DNA of 64,000 bases from a virus. Within the stretch, counting starts at the first letter, position 1. Each line of letters begins with the position of its first letter. A program made the translations under genes and the position numbers. Positions 19,996 to 29,356 of the stretch are shown one piece after another. The stretch covers positions 43,382 through 107,381 of the IMG/VR virus record IMGVR_UViG_3300030012_002034; one strand, written 5' to 3'. A model generated the notes under the pieces. That model did not search any database, was not told the DNA's origin, and worked only from the letters and a program-made list of their open reading frames with translations.

Positions 19996-20351
19996 TTAGC
20001 TAAAAACTTATAGTCAAGTAAAATACTTCCATCTGTTTGTATTTTTAATTTTTTATTCAAACTAATAATCTTTTTATTCTTTCTATCTTTTATTACTAGT
20101 TTGTTCTTTGCACATTTATTAATACAGTTCCTTACTGTTTGTTGCGATTTAAATATTTTATATTCCTCAGCTGCATCATAACAAAAATCAGTAAGTTCAA
20201 TTGGTCCTGATTCACTTAATAATGTTAAACATTCTAATTCAGAATTACTCACCGCTATACTATTTATATAACAGTGAGTTAATATCTGATATTTAATGAT
20301 ATCTTTTTTAGACATCACTACACGCTTTTGTACCTGATTTACAATAGCCAT
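19992..20351 (-). CDS. hypothetical protein (possible winged helix)
   Basis: 119 aa basic ORF. Confidence 0.5.
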   Translation of the reverse strand: MAIVNQVQKRVVMSKKDIIKYQILTHCYINSIAVSNSELECLTLLSESGPIELTDFCYDAAEEYKIFKSQQTVRNCINKCAKNKLVIKDRKNKKIISLNKKLKIQTDGSILLDYKFLAK

Positions 20352-20629
20352 TATTTTTTCTTAAGCGTTCTTTTTTTTGGCTGAGATTTCGTTTGGGGCT
20401 CTTCTTCCATTTCTTCAGGTGGATTCATCATCATTGCAAACTGCATTTGAATCTGAGCTCTTTTAAATCTCACTTCATCTAGCTTCATAAGAGTCTCTTC
20501 ATATTTGTGTTGAGCATCTAAATAAGGAATAGATTCAGTGTAAAAGTCTAGCATTTCTTTTTTCTTTTTTGCTAGTTCTTCTGGAGACATTTGCTCCATT
20601 TCTTGTTCTGTTGGTTCTGCTGTTATCAT
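20351..20629 (-). CDS. hypothetical protein
   Basis: 92 aa ORF behind a host-type promoter. Confidence 0.6.
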   Translation of the reverse strand: MITAEPTEQEMEQMSPEELAKKKKEMLDFYTESIPYLDAQHKYEETLMKLDEVRFKRAQIQMQFAMMMNPPEEMEEEPQTKSQPKKRTLKKK

Positions 20630-20652
20630 AACATATATAATTTGAATTTAAA

Positions 20653-20684
20653 CAAATATATACATTTAAAGTTTAAACATCAAA
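20653..20684 (-). promoter_or_regulatory. Bacteroidota primary-sigma promoter TTTG-N20-TATATTTG
   Basis: -33 TTTG at 20684-20681 and -7 TAnnTTTG at 20660-20653. Confidence 0.7.
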
Positions 20685-20695
20685 TATTTAAACAT

Positions 20696-20726
20696 AAAAA
20701 AGTCTCCTCGTTACTGAAGAGACTTT
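20696..20726 (-). terminator. intrinsic terminator after lysis cassette
   Basis: AAAGTCTCTTC-AGTAAC-GAGGAGACTTTTT. Confidence 0.7.
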
Positions 20727-20744
20727 ATAATATATATAACTATA

Positions 20745-20903
20745 CTATCTATTTTTTAGCGTAAAGTTTAATAATGTGATTAGATAAAACTCACGGGAGA
20801 GGTCTACCTCAATTGCAAATATATCTAGAGATGAGATTCTAAGTTTTATAATAACTTTATCCCATTGTTTATTTCTTGCATTCCAACCATTTCTTATCTT
20901 CAT
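20745..20903 (-). CDS. small hypothetical protein (52 aa)
   Basis: Hand translation MKIRNGWNARNKQWDKVIIKLRISSLDIFAIEVD... Confidence 0.6.
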   Translation of the reverse strand: MKIRNGWNARNKQWDKVIIKLRISSLDIFAIEVDLSREFYLITLLNFTLKNR

Positions 20904-20905
20904 AA

Positions 20906-21784
20906 CTATAAACTTAATAACATATCAATTAATTCTTGTTGAGGAGCCATATCAAACTTACCCTTTCTGCAGTTTGTATGATTCCATAAACCTTTACTTT
21001 CTGTACACATAGATACACTACATATATCAAAAGCTTCTGTCCCTTTTTCTTTTATTAGATCTACTAAACCTACTGTAGGATCTATATCATCTCTATTAGC
21101 TATATATAGAATTAAGTTTCTTAATGATCTTAATTGTTCATCAGAGTATCTATGCCACTCTTTAAAACCTCTAAACTTTTCTTTTAATGTAACTACTTGA
21201 TTTTCATGCGGTATAGTTCCTGCATAAGTTCTTCCGTTAGAAATGTATCCAAAGTTACAAACTTCTATACCTACAGAATGTCTATGCATTACTGAATTGC
21301 CTGTGCCTAAATGCCAACCATATCCTCCTTCAGGCATACACTGAACTATTTCGCCATCATATTTAGAATCATTGTTCTTAATATTCTGTCCACCAATAAC
21401 AAATTCTGTAGCTACTCTACCTCTTCTATCATTGTTCCAGTGATCTACTGTATTATAAGGATTATTCCATCCTGCAGTATGATGTAAGAATATCCAGTGT
21501 TTACCTCTATCTCCTCCAAAGTATTCATCAGGAGATAAATAATGTTTATTTATAACCAAGTTACCTTCTATAATCTTTCTTTCTTTTTGATCAGTATCTA
21601 GTATACCCATTGCATTCATAGTCTTAGGTCCTACTATACCATCTCCCCAAAGATTATTTTCTTTTTGAAACTTTATTACTGCTTCTTTTGTTTTGGGCCC
21701 AAAGATCCCATCAGCAGTAATACCTAGATACTCTTGTATATCTTCTACAAGAGATCCTTTACTTCCTTGTTTGATTAACATCAT
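20906..21784 (-). CDS. endolysin: peptidoglycan-binding domain + N-acetylmuramoyl-L-alanine amidase
   Basis: ADGIFGPKT...FQ...DGIVGPKT PG-binding module; IFLHHTAG, SVGIEVC, H...K.D amidase motifs. Confidence 0.85.
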   Translation of the reverse strand: MMLIKQGSKGSLVEDIQEYLGITADGIFGPKTKEAVIKFQKENNLWGDGIVGPKTMNAMGILDTDQKERKIIEGNLVINKHYLSPDEYFGGDRGKHWIFLHHTAGWNNPYNTVDHWNNDRRGRVATEFVIGGQNIKNNDSKYDGEIVQCMPEGGYGWHLGTGNSVMHRHSVGIEVCNFGYISNGRTYAGTIPHENQVVTLKEKFRGFKEWHRYSDEQLRSLRNLILYIANRDDIDPTVGLVDLIKEKGTEAFDICSVSMCTESKGLWNHTNCRKGKFDMAPQQELIDMLLSL

Positions 21785-22008
21785 TTTTTTGTTTTACTAA
21801 ATTTATCCATTGATGTAAGACCTAATGCGCCAAATGCAAATAAAGCTACAGCATCTACTAGATATTCAGCTGGTCTAATATCTTCTGAACTAAATGTATT
21901 AGCTATTAGGCATGCTACAAGAGCAAATATACATATTAATCCAGATAGTCTCTTAGATGAATAATTTCCTGACTCATCACTTAATAATTGTTTAAAGAAA
22001 GTTTTCAT
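21781..22008 (-). CDS. holin-like two-TM protein
   Basis: SSKR followed by two hydrophobic helices; adjacent to endolysin. Confidence 0.6.
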   Translation of the reverse strand: MKTFFKQLLSDESGNYSSKRLSGLICIFALVACLIANTFSSEDIRPAEYLVDAVALFAFGALGLTSMDKFSKTKK

Positions 22009-22475
22009 AATTTAGGTTTTAAAAATTTATATAATCTATAGATTCCATATAAAATTAATAATATTAAAGATAGATATATTCCTTTATTTATAAGTTGTTT
22101 CCATTTAGGAGTTTTTTCATAATACTTTACAGGTATCTTTCTTTCTATAATTTTTTCTACTGTTACAGTATCACACTTACCGCTGACGTAAATAGAATCA
22201 TGTATAGTATCATGAAATATTTCAATTCTAAGTCTTTCTTTTTCTATAACTAAAGTATCTTTTCTAATCTCGGTCCAAAAGTGTTGAGTAAATACTGTAT
22301 CATGTTCTACCTTTTCTATAGTAAGCTTTACAGTATCTACTACTTCTACACTATCTATAGTTAATAAGTACGGATGTTTTTCTACTAATCTTGTAAATCT
22401 TGTTTTTGGACTACAAGAAATAAGTGTTAATAAAAGTAGTAAACTAAATATTATATGTTTACTTTTTACTTGCAT
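22005..22475 (-). CDS. unimolecular-spanin-like lipoprotein
   Basis: Start MQVKSKHIIFSLLLLLTLISC (lipobox), beta-rich D(T/S) repeats, C-terminal TM GIYLSLILLILYGIY. Confidence 0.55.
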   Translation of the reverse strand: MQVKSKHIIFSLLLLLTLISCSPKTRFTRLVEKHPYLLTIDSVEVVDTVKLTIEKVEHDTVFTQHFWTEIRKDTLVIEKERLRIEIFHDTIHDSIYVSGKCDTVTVEKIIERKIPVKYYEKTPKWKQLINKGIYLSLILLILYGIYRLYKFLKPKL

Positions 22476-22782
22476 GTATAGCCTGAATAATTCTAAGTTC
22501 CATTTGACCCATTTCAGTTTTAAGTTCTGAAATAGATGCTTCATTTTTAGATCTGTTTTCTTCTACTTGGTCTTTCAAGATGTCAATTCTTTTATGTAGT
22601 GTTAATTGTCCCTCTTTTTTAGTTGCTTTAATCTCTTCCATATCTTTCTTAAGATTTTCTAAGACTACTTGCTGGATAGCAACTTTATTCTTTAGACTAT
22701 ACCATACTGTTAAAGCTCCTATTAAAGCTGAAAGTAATGACACTAAGGCATCAAAACCTATCTGCATACTTGTAATTTCCAT
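22459..22782 (-). CDS. TM + coiled-coil lysis-cassette protein
   Basis: N-terminal TM, heptad repeats. Confidence 0.55.
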   Translation of the reverse strand: MEITSMQIGFDALVSLLSALIGALTVWYSLKNKVAIQQVVLENLKKDMEEIKATKKEGQLTLHKRIDILKDQVEENRSKNEASISELKTEMGQMELRIIQAIHASKK

Positions 22783-22813
22783 CTCGCACTCTTATAAATA
22801 AATAAATATACTA

Positions 22814-22824
22814 TAATATACAAA
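22814..22824 (-). promoter_or_regulatory. late-type motif TTTGTATATTA (2/5)
   Basis: 31 nt upstream of the lysis cassette. Confidence 0.6.
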
Positions 22825-22845
22825 ATATATTTAACTTATAGAAAT

Positions 22846-23739
22846 TTATACAGGGAACTTATGAGAGTCTATGCCTCTGTGATATATATCATTACCACCT
22901 TTTGTAGATCTTCTATATCTAATATTTAAGATTCTTCCTCCTACAGGTTTAATTGGGGCACCTCTTTCAACATGCCAACCTTTAGATCCATCACCATATT
23001 CTTCTTTATATGTACCTGTAAGCATCATATGAATTTGTCTTTGCTCTTGTCTATAACTATCTCTACCTTGTAGCAGTTTATCTCTTACATCATTTCTAGC
23101 CGCATTCTCATGTATATGACCCATAGTAAATACATCAAAGTCTTCATACATTTCTAAAGCTCTAGTAAGATTCAAGGCCCCTTTAGTTACAATACCTCCT
23201 CCACCAGATCCGTGAAAGTATCTTATCTTCATAGTTCTTATTACACCACCTCTTTCTTTTGTAGTACCTCTAAGAATTTGATTCACAAGTATCCAACCTC
23301 CATAGCCACCTACTTGTACATTAGTATTGTTTTCATGATTCAGCATTTTAACAAATCTAGCAAGTATATCTGTTTCTTGCCATTTAATAATAGCTGTTTC
23401 ATGATTACCATATCCTATTACTGTAAGTAAATGAGAGTATGGTGACCACCATTCAACAGCAGTTTCCACAATACTATCTAAATATTTTGCATTATTATGT
23501 TCTGGTCTTATATCAGATTTGTTTTTTCTATTGTCTCCTCTTCCCTGCATCAAGCAAAACATATCACCATTTATCATAATAGGAATAGACTCCTTTACAC
23601 AGTAATCTAAATCTCTTTTTAATGTCTCCCAGTCACACTTTGGGTTATCCCAATGTATATCTGACAACATGGCAATCCTTGCATGTGTACCCTCAAGTTT
23701 AATCTCATGGATATTAGCAGCATGTGCTTTTATTTTCAT
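22846..23739 (-). CDS. calcineurin-like metallophosphoesterase
   Basis: SDIH, GD, GNHE, HG, GHIH motifs. Confidence 0.8.
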   Translation of the reverse strand: MKIKAHAANIHEIKLEGTHARIAMLSDIHWDNPKCDWETLKRDLDYCVKESIPIMINGDMFCLMQGRGDNRKNKSDIRPEHNNAKYLDSIVETAVEWWSPYSHLLTVIGYGNHETAIIKWQETDILARFVKMLNHENNTNVQVGGYGGWILVNQILRGTTKERGGVIRTMKIRYFHGSGGGGIVTKGALNLTRALEMYEDFDVFTMGHIHENAARNDVRDKLLQGRDSYRQEQRQIHMMLTGTYKEEYGDGSKGWHVERGAPIKPVGGRILNIRYRRSTKGGNDIYHRGIDSHKFPV

Positions 23740-23749
23740 ATTTGTGTTT

Positions 23750-24016
23750 TTAATCTTCTGCTTCTAAAGCAGTCCAAATTTCAGTATTTGTTTCTTCTAA
23801 AATTTCTTCATGAGAATATAGTCCATCAGGTATGACTGTACCATCTGCAATAAAAGTAGGTTCGGTGTCCCAACATAAAAGAAATTGAGTAGGAGGATCT
23901 AAAAGATTTTTTCTAATTGTATCAGCAGAATCTACTCCTGTTTGTGAAAAATCAATCTTTGATAAATCTTCCATTCTAACTATTGCATATGTAGTAAATA
24001 TTGATCTTACTTGCAT
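23750..24016 (-). CDS. hypothetical protein
   Basis: 88 aa ORF next to the LamG protein. Confidence 0.6.
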   Translation of the reverse strand: MQVRSIFTTYAIVRMEDLSKIDFSQTGVDSADTIRKNLLDPPTQFLLCWDTEPTFIADGTVIPDGLYSHEEILEETNTEIWTALEAED

Positions 24017-24025
24017 AACTGTTTT

Positions 24026-24817
24026 TTAAGGTACATCTGCAGTATATGATGCAGAATTAATTAATGTTGCGTTAACAGAACCAGCAGCATCTGTTAATGT
24101 TGTACCAGAACCTCCATCACTATCTCCCATTCTATACCACAAAGTAGGTGCAGGTGATAATATTGATAAATCTCCTGGTTTAGCTGTTCCTCCTTGATTA
24201 TAAATAGCTTGTGCTTGAGCAAGAGTTAAAGTAGTTCCATTATATATTGCAAACTCATCTATATTTCCATTAAAAGGGTTGTAGTGACCTGTTTTACTTT
24301 CTCCTATATATAACTCATCAGTTGCTGTTGGAAAGCTGTTTGTTGTTCCCATATTATCTCCTGTTGTTACATCTACTCCATTTAAAAACATTTGACATTC
24401 TGGGCCTCCACCATGAGTTAAATCAACAGCAACAACTAAATGATTCCAACTTCCATATGTTAAAGTGCTTATATTTCCCCTGCCATACGGACCACTACTA
24501 GTAATACTAAAATCAATTCTATTACCTGCATATAAAAATAATTGACACTGTGAGTTTAAACCTGTAGATCCTCTTCCAATTTGAAAAACCATTCTTAATC
24601 CAGAACCCCCACTTATAGGTTTTAACCACATTGAAAAACTTACATTAGTAGCTCCATTTAAAGCGGTGTAAACAGCATCACTTTTTGCATACTGTCCTAT
24701 TGCACCATCTAAAAGTAATGAATATACATTTGTAAATCCACTAGCAGAAGGTAATGTAATAGAAGTGTTTCTTGAAGTTACACCTAATATTTTATCAAAA
24801 TTTATATTAGTAGGCAT
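24026..24817 (-). CDS. LamG/concanavalin A-like domain virion protein
   Basis: SFSMWLKP, WNHLVV, FNGNIDEFAIYN. Confidence 0.8.
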   Translation of the reverse strand: MPTNINFDKILGVTSRNTSITLPSASGFTNVYSLLLDGAIGQYAKSDAVYTALNGATNVSFSMWLKPISGGSGLRMVFQIGRGSTGLNSQCQLFLYAGNRIDFSITSSGPYGRGNISTLTYGSWNHLVVAVDLTHGGGPECQMFLNGVDVTTGDNMGTTNSFPTATDELYIGESKTGHYNPFNGNIDEFAIYNGTTLTLAQAQAIYNQGGTAKPGDLSILSPAPTLWYRMGDSDGGSGTTLTDAAGSVNATLINSASYTADVP

Positions 24818-25531
24818 CTATGTTAAAGTTGCTATAAGAAATGTTGTTCCTGCTCCAGGTGTTGTAGGATCATACGTTACAGCTGCTAATGTATTATTTA
24901 AAGAACCTGCATCAAAGGTTACTGTTTCTCCTGCAGCTAATTCTATTCCTAAAACAGTTCCACTTTCAGCTCCTACATTAGCAATTGATACTGATCTTGC
25001 TCCTGCAGAAACAGATCCAGAAGTAGTAGGTCTAAGTAAAGCTGGAGTTATTCCAGTTACTGGATCTGTATTTCCTTCAATACCTGCAGTTGATGTAGCA
25101 ATAGCAGTTGTATCAACTTCTATTTCAGTATTCTTTGCAAGAATATCTGTATTCATAGCTAATATAGCAGCATTACTTGTATCAATACTAGTAGTTTCAG
25201 TAGCTGTAGTTTCAGTAGCAGTCTTAATTGCATCTAGTACTAATGCATTATCCTCATCAGCATATTGTACTGCACTAGGAGGAGTTACAGGAGTATTACT
25301 TCCTACTTCATAATACTTTGGATTGCCGCTCCAATCACTAGTATCTATATCCCAAAGTCTTACCTCTAAGTATAATGTATACGGAGAGGCAATTAATCTC
25401 ACCAGTCTAGATTCAAACTCTGTACTCGTGCCTAGACTAGAAGAGATGCTATTTAGTGTTTTTAACACAGCATATTGCCATGTCCAGTTATTTCCCTTAC
25501 TTCCAATAGTTTTTACGTTACCAATAGACAT
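24818..25531 (-). CDS. probable fibre/structural protein
   Basis: Thr/Ala-rich coiled coil then beta domain. Confidence 0.5.
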   Translation of the reverse strand: MSIGNVKTIGSKGNNWTWQYAVLKTLNSISSSLGTSTEFESRLVRLIASPYTLYLEVRLWDIDTSDWSGNPKYYEVGSNTPVTPPSAVQYADEDNALVLDAIKTATETTATETTSIDTSNAAILAMNTDILAKNTEIEVDTTAIATSTAGIEGNTDPVTGITPALLRPTTSGSVSAGARSVSIANVGAESGTVLGIELAAGETVTFDAGSLNNTLAAVTYDPTTPGAGTTFLIATLT

Positions 25532-25560
25532 GTTATAATTTTTTCAGATAATATATATAA

Positions 25561-25571
25561 TAATATACAAA
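25561..25571 (-). promoter_or_regulatory. late-type motif TTTGTATATTA (3/5)
   Basis: 29 nt upstream of ATG 25531. Confidence 0.6.
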
Positions 25572-25578
25572 AAACTTT

Positions 25579-26625
25579 CTATATATGCAAAAAGCCCTTT
25601 CTAGATTTTTCAGCAGCGCAAACCAAATTCCATAAAACCCTAGCACCAACATTTGCATCCCATTTTGATGAAGAATCAATAGAAACTTCTGATAAATCAA
25701 AACCAATTATTTTTCTTTGAGACTCTACAATTTTAAAAATCAAATAAATAGCTTCATCAAATTCTAACCCACCCGGAACTGGCGTTCCAGTTGATGGGCA
25801 CAAATAAGGACATAAGCCATCTATATCAAAACTTATATAAACATGCTCAGGTAGTTCAGAAATAATTTCATTTACTTGATCGTCCCAAGTAAGCCCTTTA
25901 AACCTACCCTCTTTTAATGTAGCATCAAAAAAGGTTTTAATTTTATCATTATTATCAGAAAAGACAAACTCTTCAGAAGAAAAATCACGAACACCAACTT
26001 GAACAAGTTTTGTTAAATTATTACACTCTTTTAGGACATTATACATGATTGAAGCATGAGATTGATCAAAATCTTGATAAGAATCTCTTAAATCGCAATG
26101 CGCATCAATTTGAAGAATCCCAAAGGAAGAATATTTCTCATCCAATGCTAGAATTAATCCTAATGGAACCGAATGCTCTCCTCCCAAAACCGAAACTAGA
26201 ACATCCTTATCAAGTAAATCTTTAGCTCTTTTATAAAGGCTTTCTTTTAATTGGTTATTAAACTGATTAACCGTGTTAACAAAATCCTTAAACTCAATAT
26301 TTTGATTGATACTCCCCCCTTCTTCCAGAAAAGTAAGATAAGCAATAGATTTTTCAGATAAGTGATTATTAATCTCTTTCCATTCAGAAGATAATTGAGA
26401 AAGAAAAACTTTTGTCTGATGAGCATTTGACAATTTATGATGAAAAAAATCAAGTTGTAAAGATTCCTCTAAAATACTTTTAGGGGCATCAGAGGCTCCT
26501 TTTCCGTATGAAGTAGTTAAATCCCATGGTATAGATATTATTACTTGATTAGCATCTTTTTGTGCAACAGGAAATCCAAAAATATTTCCATTGGAAATTC
26601 CAACCTTATTTGGATCAAAAGACAT
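25579..26625 (-). CDS. speB: agmatinase (ureohydrolase/arginase family)
   Basis: PWD.TTSY..GA..AP, GGEHS, DAHCD, SFDIDGL.P..P.TGTPVPGG, GFDL.EV. Confidence 0.9.
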   Translation of the reverse strand: MSFDPNKVGISNGNIFGFPVAQKDANQVIISIPWDLTTSYGKGASDAPKSILEESLQLDFFHHKLSNAHQTKVFLSQLSSEWKEINNHLSEKSIAYLTFLEEGGSINQNIEFKDFVNTVNQFNNQLKESLYKRAKDLLDKDVLVSVLGGEHSVPLGLILALDEKYSSFGILQIDAHCDLRDSYQDFDQSHASIMYNVLKECNNLTKLVQVGVRDFSSEEFVFSDNNDKIKTFFDATLKEGRFKGLTWDDQVNEIISELPEHVYISFDIDGLCPYLCPSTGTPVPGGLEFDEAIYLIFKIVESQRKIIGFDLSEVSIDSSSKWDANVGARVLWNLVCAAEKSRKGFLHI

Positions 26626-26637
26626 TTAGAATTTTTA

Positions 26638-26672
26638 AAAAATTAAAGCCCCAGAAATACATCCAGGGCCTT
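26638..26672 (-). terminator. probable terminator immediately upstream of agmatinase
   Basis: AAGGCCCTGG...CTGGGGCTTT followed by AATTTTTT. Confidence 0.5.
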
Positions 26673-26705
26673 GATAACCAATTAAATTATTAATTATGAG
26701 CTTCT

Positions 26706-27131
26706 TTACCAACAAGTACCTTCACAGTCTAATGGCATACATACAACAACAGGTATTGAACAATCTAGAGTTTCCTCTCCATTTTGTATTTTAAAAGTTT
26801 TTACAAGTGAAAAAAGTTGACCTGGTGCTACGCCTCCTTCAGCTGCTTCTGCACAACTAGTAAATGTATTACATGCAAGCAAAAGTTTAAGAGAACTTTC
26901 TCCTGCTGCTGCTGATGCTTCAGCTGCTGCTTCATTTGCTGTAGTTGCTAATTCACTTACTTCATTAATTTGTTGTTGATTTTTAATTGTTGTTGTAGAA
27001 ATAGTTGCAATATCAGCATTAACTTGAGGAATAACTTGATTATTCATTTGACCTGTAGTAACAGGTTTCATATCAGCTCCTTTGTTTAACAACTTATCAG
27101 GAGATACTGCTTTTAGTTTTTTAACTGCCAT
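26706..27131 (-). CDS. structural protein, N-terminus paralogous to 27152..27748
   Basis: MAVKKLKAVSPDKLL..ADMKPV..GQMNN. Confidence 0.55.
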   Translation of the reverse strand: MAVKKLKAVSPDKLLNKGADMKPVTTGQMNNQVIPQVNADIATISTTTIKNQQQINEVSELATTANEAAAEASAAAGESSLKLLLACNTFTSCAEAAEGGVAPGQLFSLVKTFKIQNGEETLDCSIPVVVCMPLDCEGTCW

Positions 27132-27151
27132 TGTTTAAAGTTTTAATTAGA

Positions 27152-27748
27152 TTATGAGAATGGAGTTGCTGCAGTACCAGAATGACCTAATTCTGCACGT
27201 ACTCTCCACTCAGTATCAGAAATACCTACAAACTCAATTTTATCACCAACTAGTCCTCCAGTTGTAGTACCATTTAATGTAATCGCAGTACTTCCTGCAG
27301 CAGCAAAATAAGATATAGCATCTCCTCCAGCTATGTGACTGTTAAGTAGGGCATAACCACTTATTGTGGTTCCTGCACTAACTCCTATAAGATGATTACC
27401 AGAAGTTACCTTTTTTGTTATTAAAACAGTTATTCTTGCGCCTTCTGATGGAGTAGGTAATCCTAGAATTATACCTAGATTTCCTACCACAAGATATTCA
27501 TTTCCAGCCGCTCCAACTGGTGGTAGTAAGGGGTTAATTGGTGTTAAATCTGGTAATGTAACAAGACCAGTAAACTTAGGATCATTAATATCTGCTTTTA
27601 AAGCAATAGCTGATGCATTAGTTGATACTTCTGCTGCTATCTGTCCTTTTAAATCATTATTCCAATCTCCTACTTTTAAAGGAGTCATATCTACTTCCTT
27701 CAAAAGATTTTTACTAGGGGAAGTAGGAACTATTTTCTTTAGTGCCAT
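27152..27748 (-). CDS. structural/decoration protein
   Basis: MALKKIVPTSPSKNLL..VDMTPL..GDWNN; C-terminal LP...G...ITLNGTTTGG..GD beta domain. Confidence 0.55.
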   Translation of the reverse strand: MALKKIVPTSPSKNLLKEVDMTPLKVGDWNNDLKGQIAAEVSTNASAIALKADINDPKFTGLVTLPDLTPINPLLPPVGAAGNEYLVVGNLGIILGLPTPSEGARITVLITKKVTSGNHLIGVSAGTTISGYALLNSHIAGGDAISYFAAAGSTAITLNGTTTGGLVGDKIEFVGISDTEWRVRAELGHSGTAATPFS

Positions 27749-27787
27749 TTTTTTAAATTTATAAATTCTTAATTAGTATACTAATAT

Positions 27788-27798
27788 TAATATACAAA
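27788..27798 (-). promoter_or_regulatory. late-type motif TTTGTATATTA (4/5)
   Basis: 39 nt upstream of ATG 27748. Confidence 0.6.
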
Positions 27799-27806
27799 AA
27801 ATATTT

Positions 27807-28184
27807 TTAATTTCTAAGTAATCTGTTCATAAATGCAGAAAAACCTAATCCATATACTGCTCTACATATTATAGTTATTATGACTGAGTCTATGATATTT
27901 TGATAGTTTCCTTGTAATACAAAAAATAATCCAGCAAATAAAAAAATATTTCTAAGAAATTTCATTAGATGCCAAGCATCCGTTACAAATACAAATATTG
28001 TAGTAGAACCTGGAAACTTAGCTCCATATCTAGGGTCATTAAGCTTGTACTTATTCTTCCAAGATATTTCTGGATTCCAAAAAGCGTGATTAAATGAACT
28101 AAATTTAGATCTGTAAAAATGAAATTGTAATGTATCCATATGAGCTTCTGCTATACCAGCTAGGAAAAACATTAACAATTCCAT
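27807..28184 (-). CDS. membrane protein
   Basis: Hydrophobic helices, SWKNKY and TDAWHL motifs. Confidence 0.6.
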   Translation of the reverse strand: MELLMFFLAGIAEAHMDTLQFHFYRSKFSSFNHAFWNPEISWKNKYKLNDPRYGAKFPGSTTIFVFVTDAWHLMKFLRNIFLFAGLFFVLQGNYQNIIDSVIITIICRAVYGLGFSAFMNRLLRN

Positions 28185-28186
28185 TC

Positions 28187-28408
28187 TTAATCTTTTTTTC
28201 TATAATATTCTAGTTCGTGAGCTATAGTTCCTCCTAATGCTCCAATACATGCTATACCTACACCAATCTTTAAATACCAACTATGTAAATATTGATCAGT
28301 AACTAAACAATATATATAAAACCCTAGACAAGTAGATGCTAGAGTTATAGTTGCTAATGATGTCAGCACATCTAATTTGCGTCTCCACTTTGGATTAAGC
28401 AATCCCAT
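28187..28408 (-). CDS. two-TM membrane protein
   Basis: 73 aa, two hydrophobic segments. Confidence 0.6.
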   Translation of the reverse strand: MGLLNPKWRRKLDVLTSLATITLASTCLGFYIYCLVTDQYLHSWYLKIGVGIACIGALGGTIAHELEYYRKKD

Positions 28409-28782
28409 TATCTTAAAGATTTACCTTGGATTACTTTAGGAGGGCACATTCCGCCCATTCCCATTTTTGTAGCACCGCCTCTTTTCTTTTTACGTTTATT
28501 ATATGCATCTTTCATTATGCTAAACATAACATTTTTATTTTCATTTGCTTTTTGGATCTTATCAAGATCTTGACCTGTCATTCCGCCCAATTTCTTTTTA
28601 TCAATTGTATACTCTCCAGTATCATAGTTAACATTTACACCAGAGCTAATACTTTTAGTTTGTCTATCAATAAGCTTGTCATATAATCTTCCAGCTTTTT
28701 TAGCTTTTCCAGCTTCTTTTGCTTTTGTGTATTTATCATACGTTCTTAGCTCTCTTTTAGCTAATCTATCTACTTTTGCCAT
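28408..28782 (-). CDS. basic protein with xxxGG motifs
   Basis: KKLGG, KKRGG, MGMGG. Confidence 0.65.
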   Translation of the reverse strand: MAKVDRLAKRELRTYDKYTKAKEAGKAKKAGRLYDKLIDRQTKSISSGVNVNYDTGEYTIDKKKLGGMTGQDLDKIQKANENKNVMFSIMKDAYNKRKKKRGGATKMGMGGMCPPKVIQGKSLR

Positions 28783-28784
28783 AA

Positions 28785-29327
28785 TTATCTGTTTTTTCTT
28801 GCTCCTCCTCTAGAGTAGTTTCTAAGAGTTTTAGCTTTAATTACTGAACCACCTGTCTTTCTGTTACCAGGAATAGTAACCTCGTCAAGAGGAATTGGAT
28901 TTGTTTCTGTTCCAAAAGGTTGAAACTTAACCATTTTATTAAGATCAGCACCATAGCCCAATTCTTCTCTCAGTGCTTCCATTTGCGCTTGTCTTGCAGC
29001 TGCTCTATTAGCTGCGTTATTTTTCATCATGCTATCCATGATTTGTCTATCAACTGAATCAAGTTGATCTAGTTTTGTAGCAAATTGATCTGCCTCACTT
29101 CTAAATGGAACAAAGTTAACATTACTAACTGCATCCATAAACTCAGTTTTAGGACCAGCAGTTTGATACTTTTTTAACTTCTTTTTCTTTTTAGTACCTC
29201 CTTTTTTCATGGGGGTTAGGCTTTTAGCCATAGGCTTAGCTGCACCTCCTCCGTACATTTTCTTTATTTTCTTTTTTTTAGATGGTCTACCTACTTTAGA
29301 TCCATATGTTCCTTTACCTCTTGGCAT
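28785..29327 (-). CDS. basic protein with xxxGG motifs
   Basis: Poly-Lys runs; MYGGG, MKKGG, YQTAG, RKTGG, YSRGG. Confidence 0.65.
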   Translation of the reverse strand: MPRGKGTYGSKVGRPSKKKKIKKMYGGGAAKPMAKSLTPMKKGGTKKKKKLKKYQTAGPKTEFMDAVSNVNFVPFRSEADQFATKLDQLDSVDRQIMDSMMKNNAANRAAARQAQMEALREELGYGADLNKMVKFQPFGTETNPIPLDEVTIPGNRKTGGSVIKAKTLRNYSRGGARKNR

Positions 29328-29356
29328 AATTTCTTTTTTTTAAATACGTATACAAC

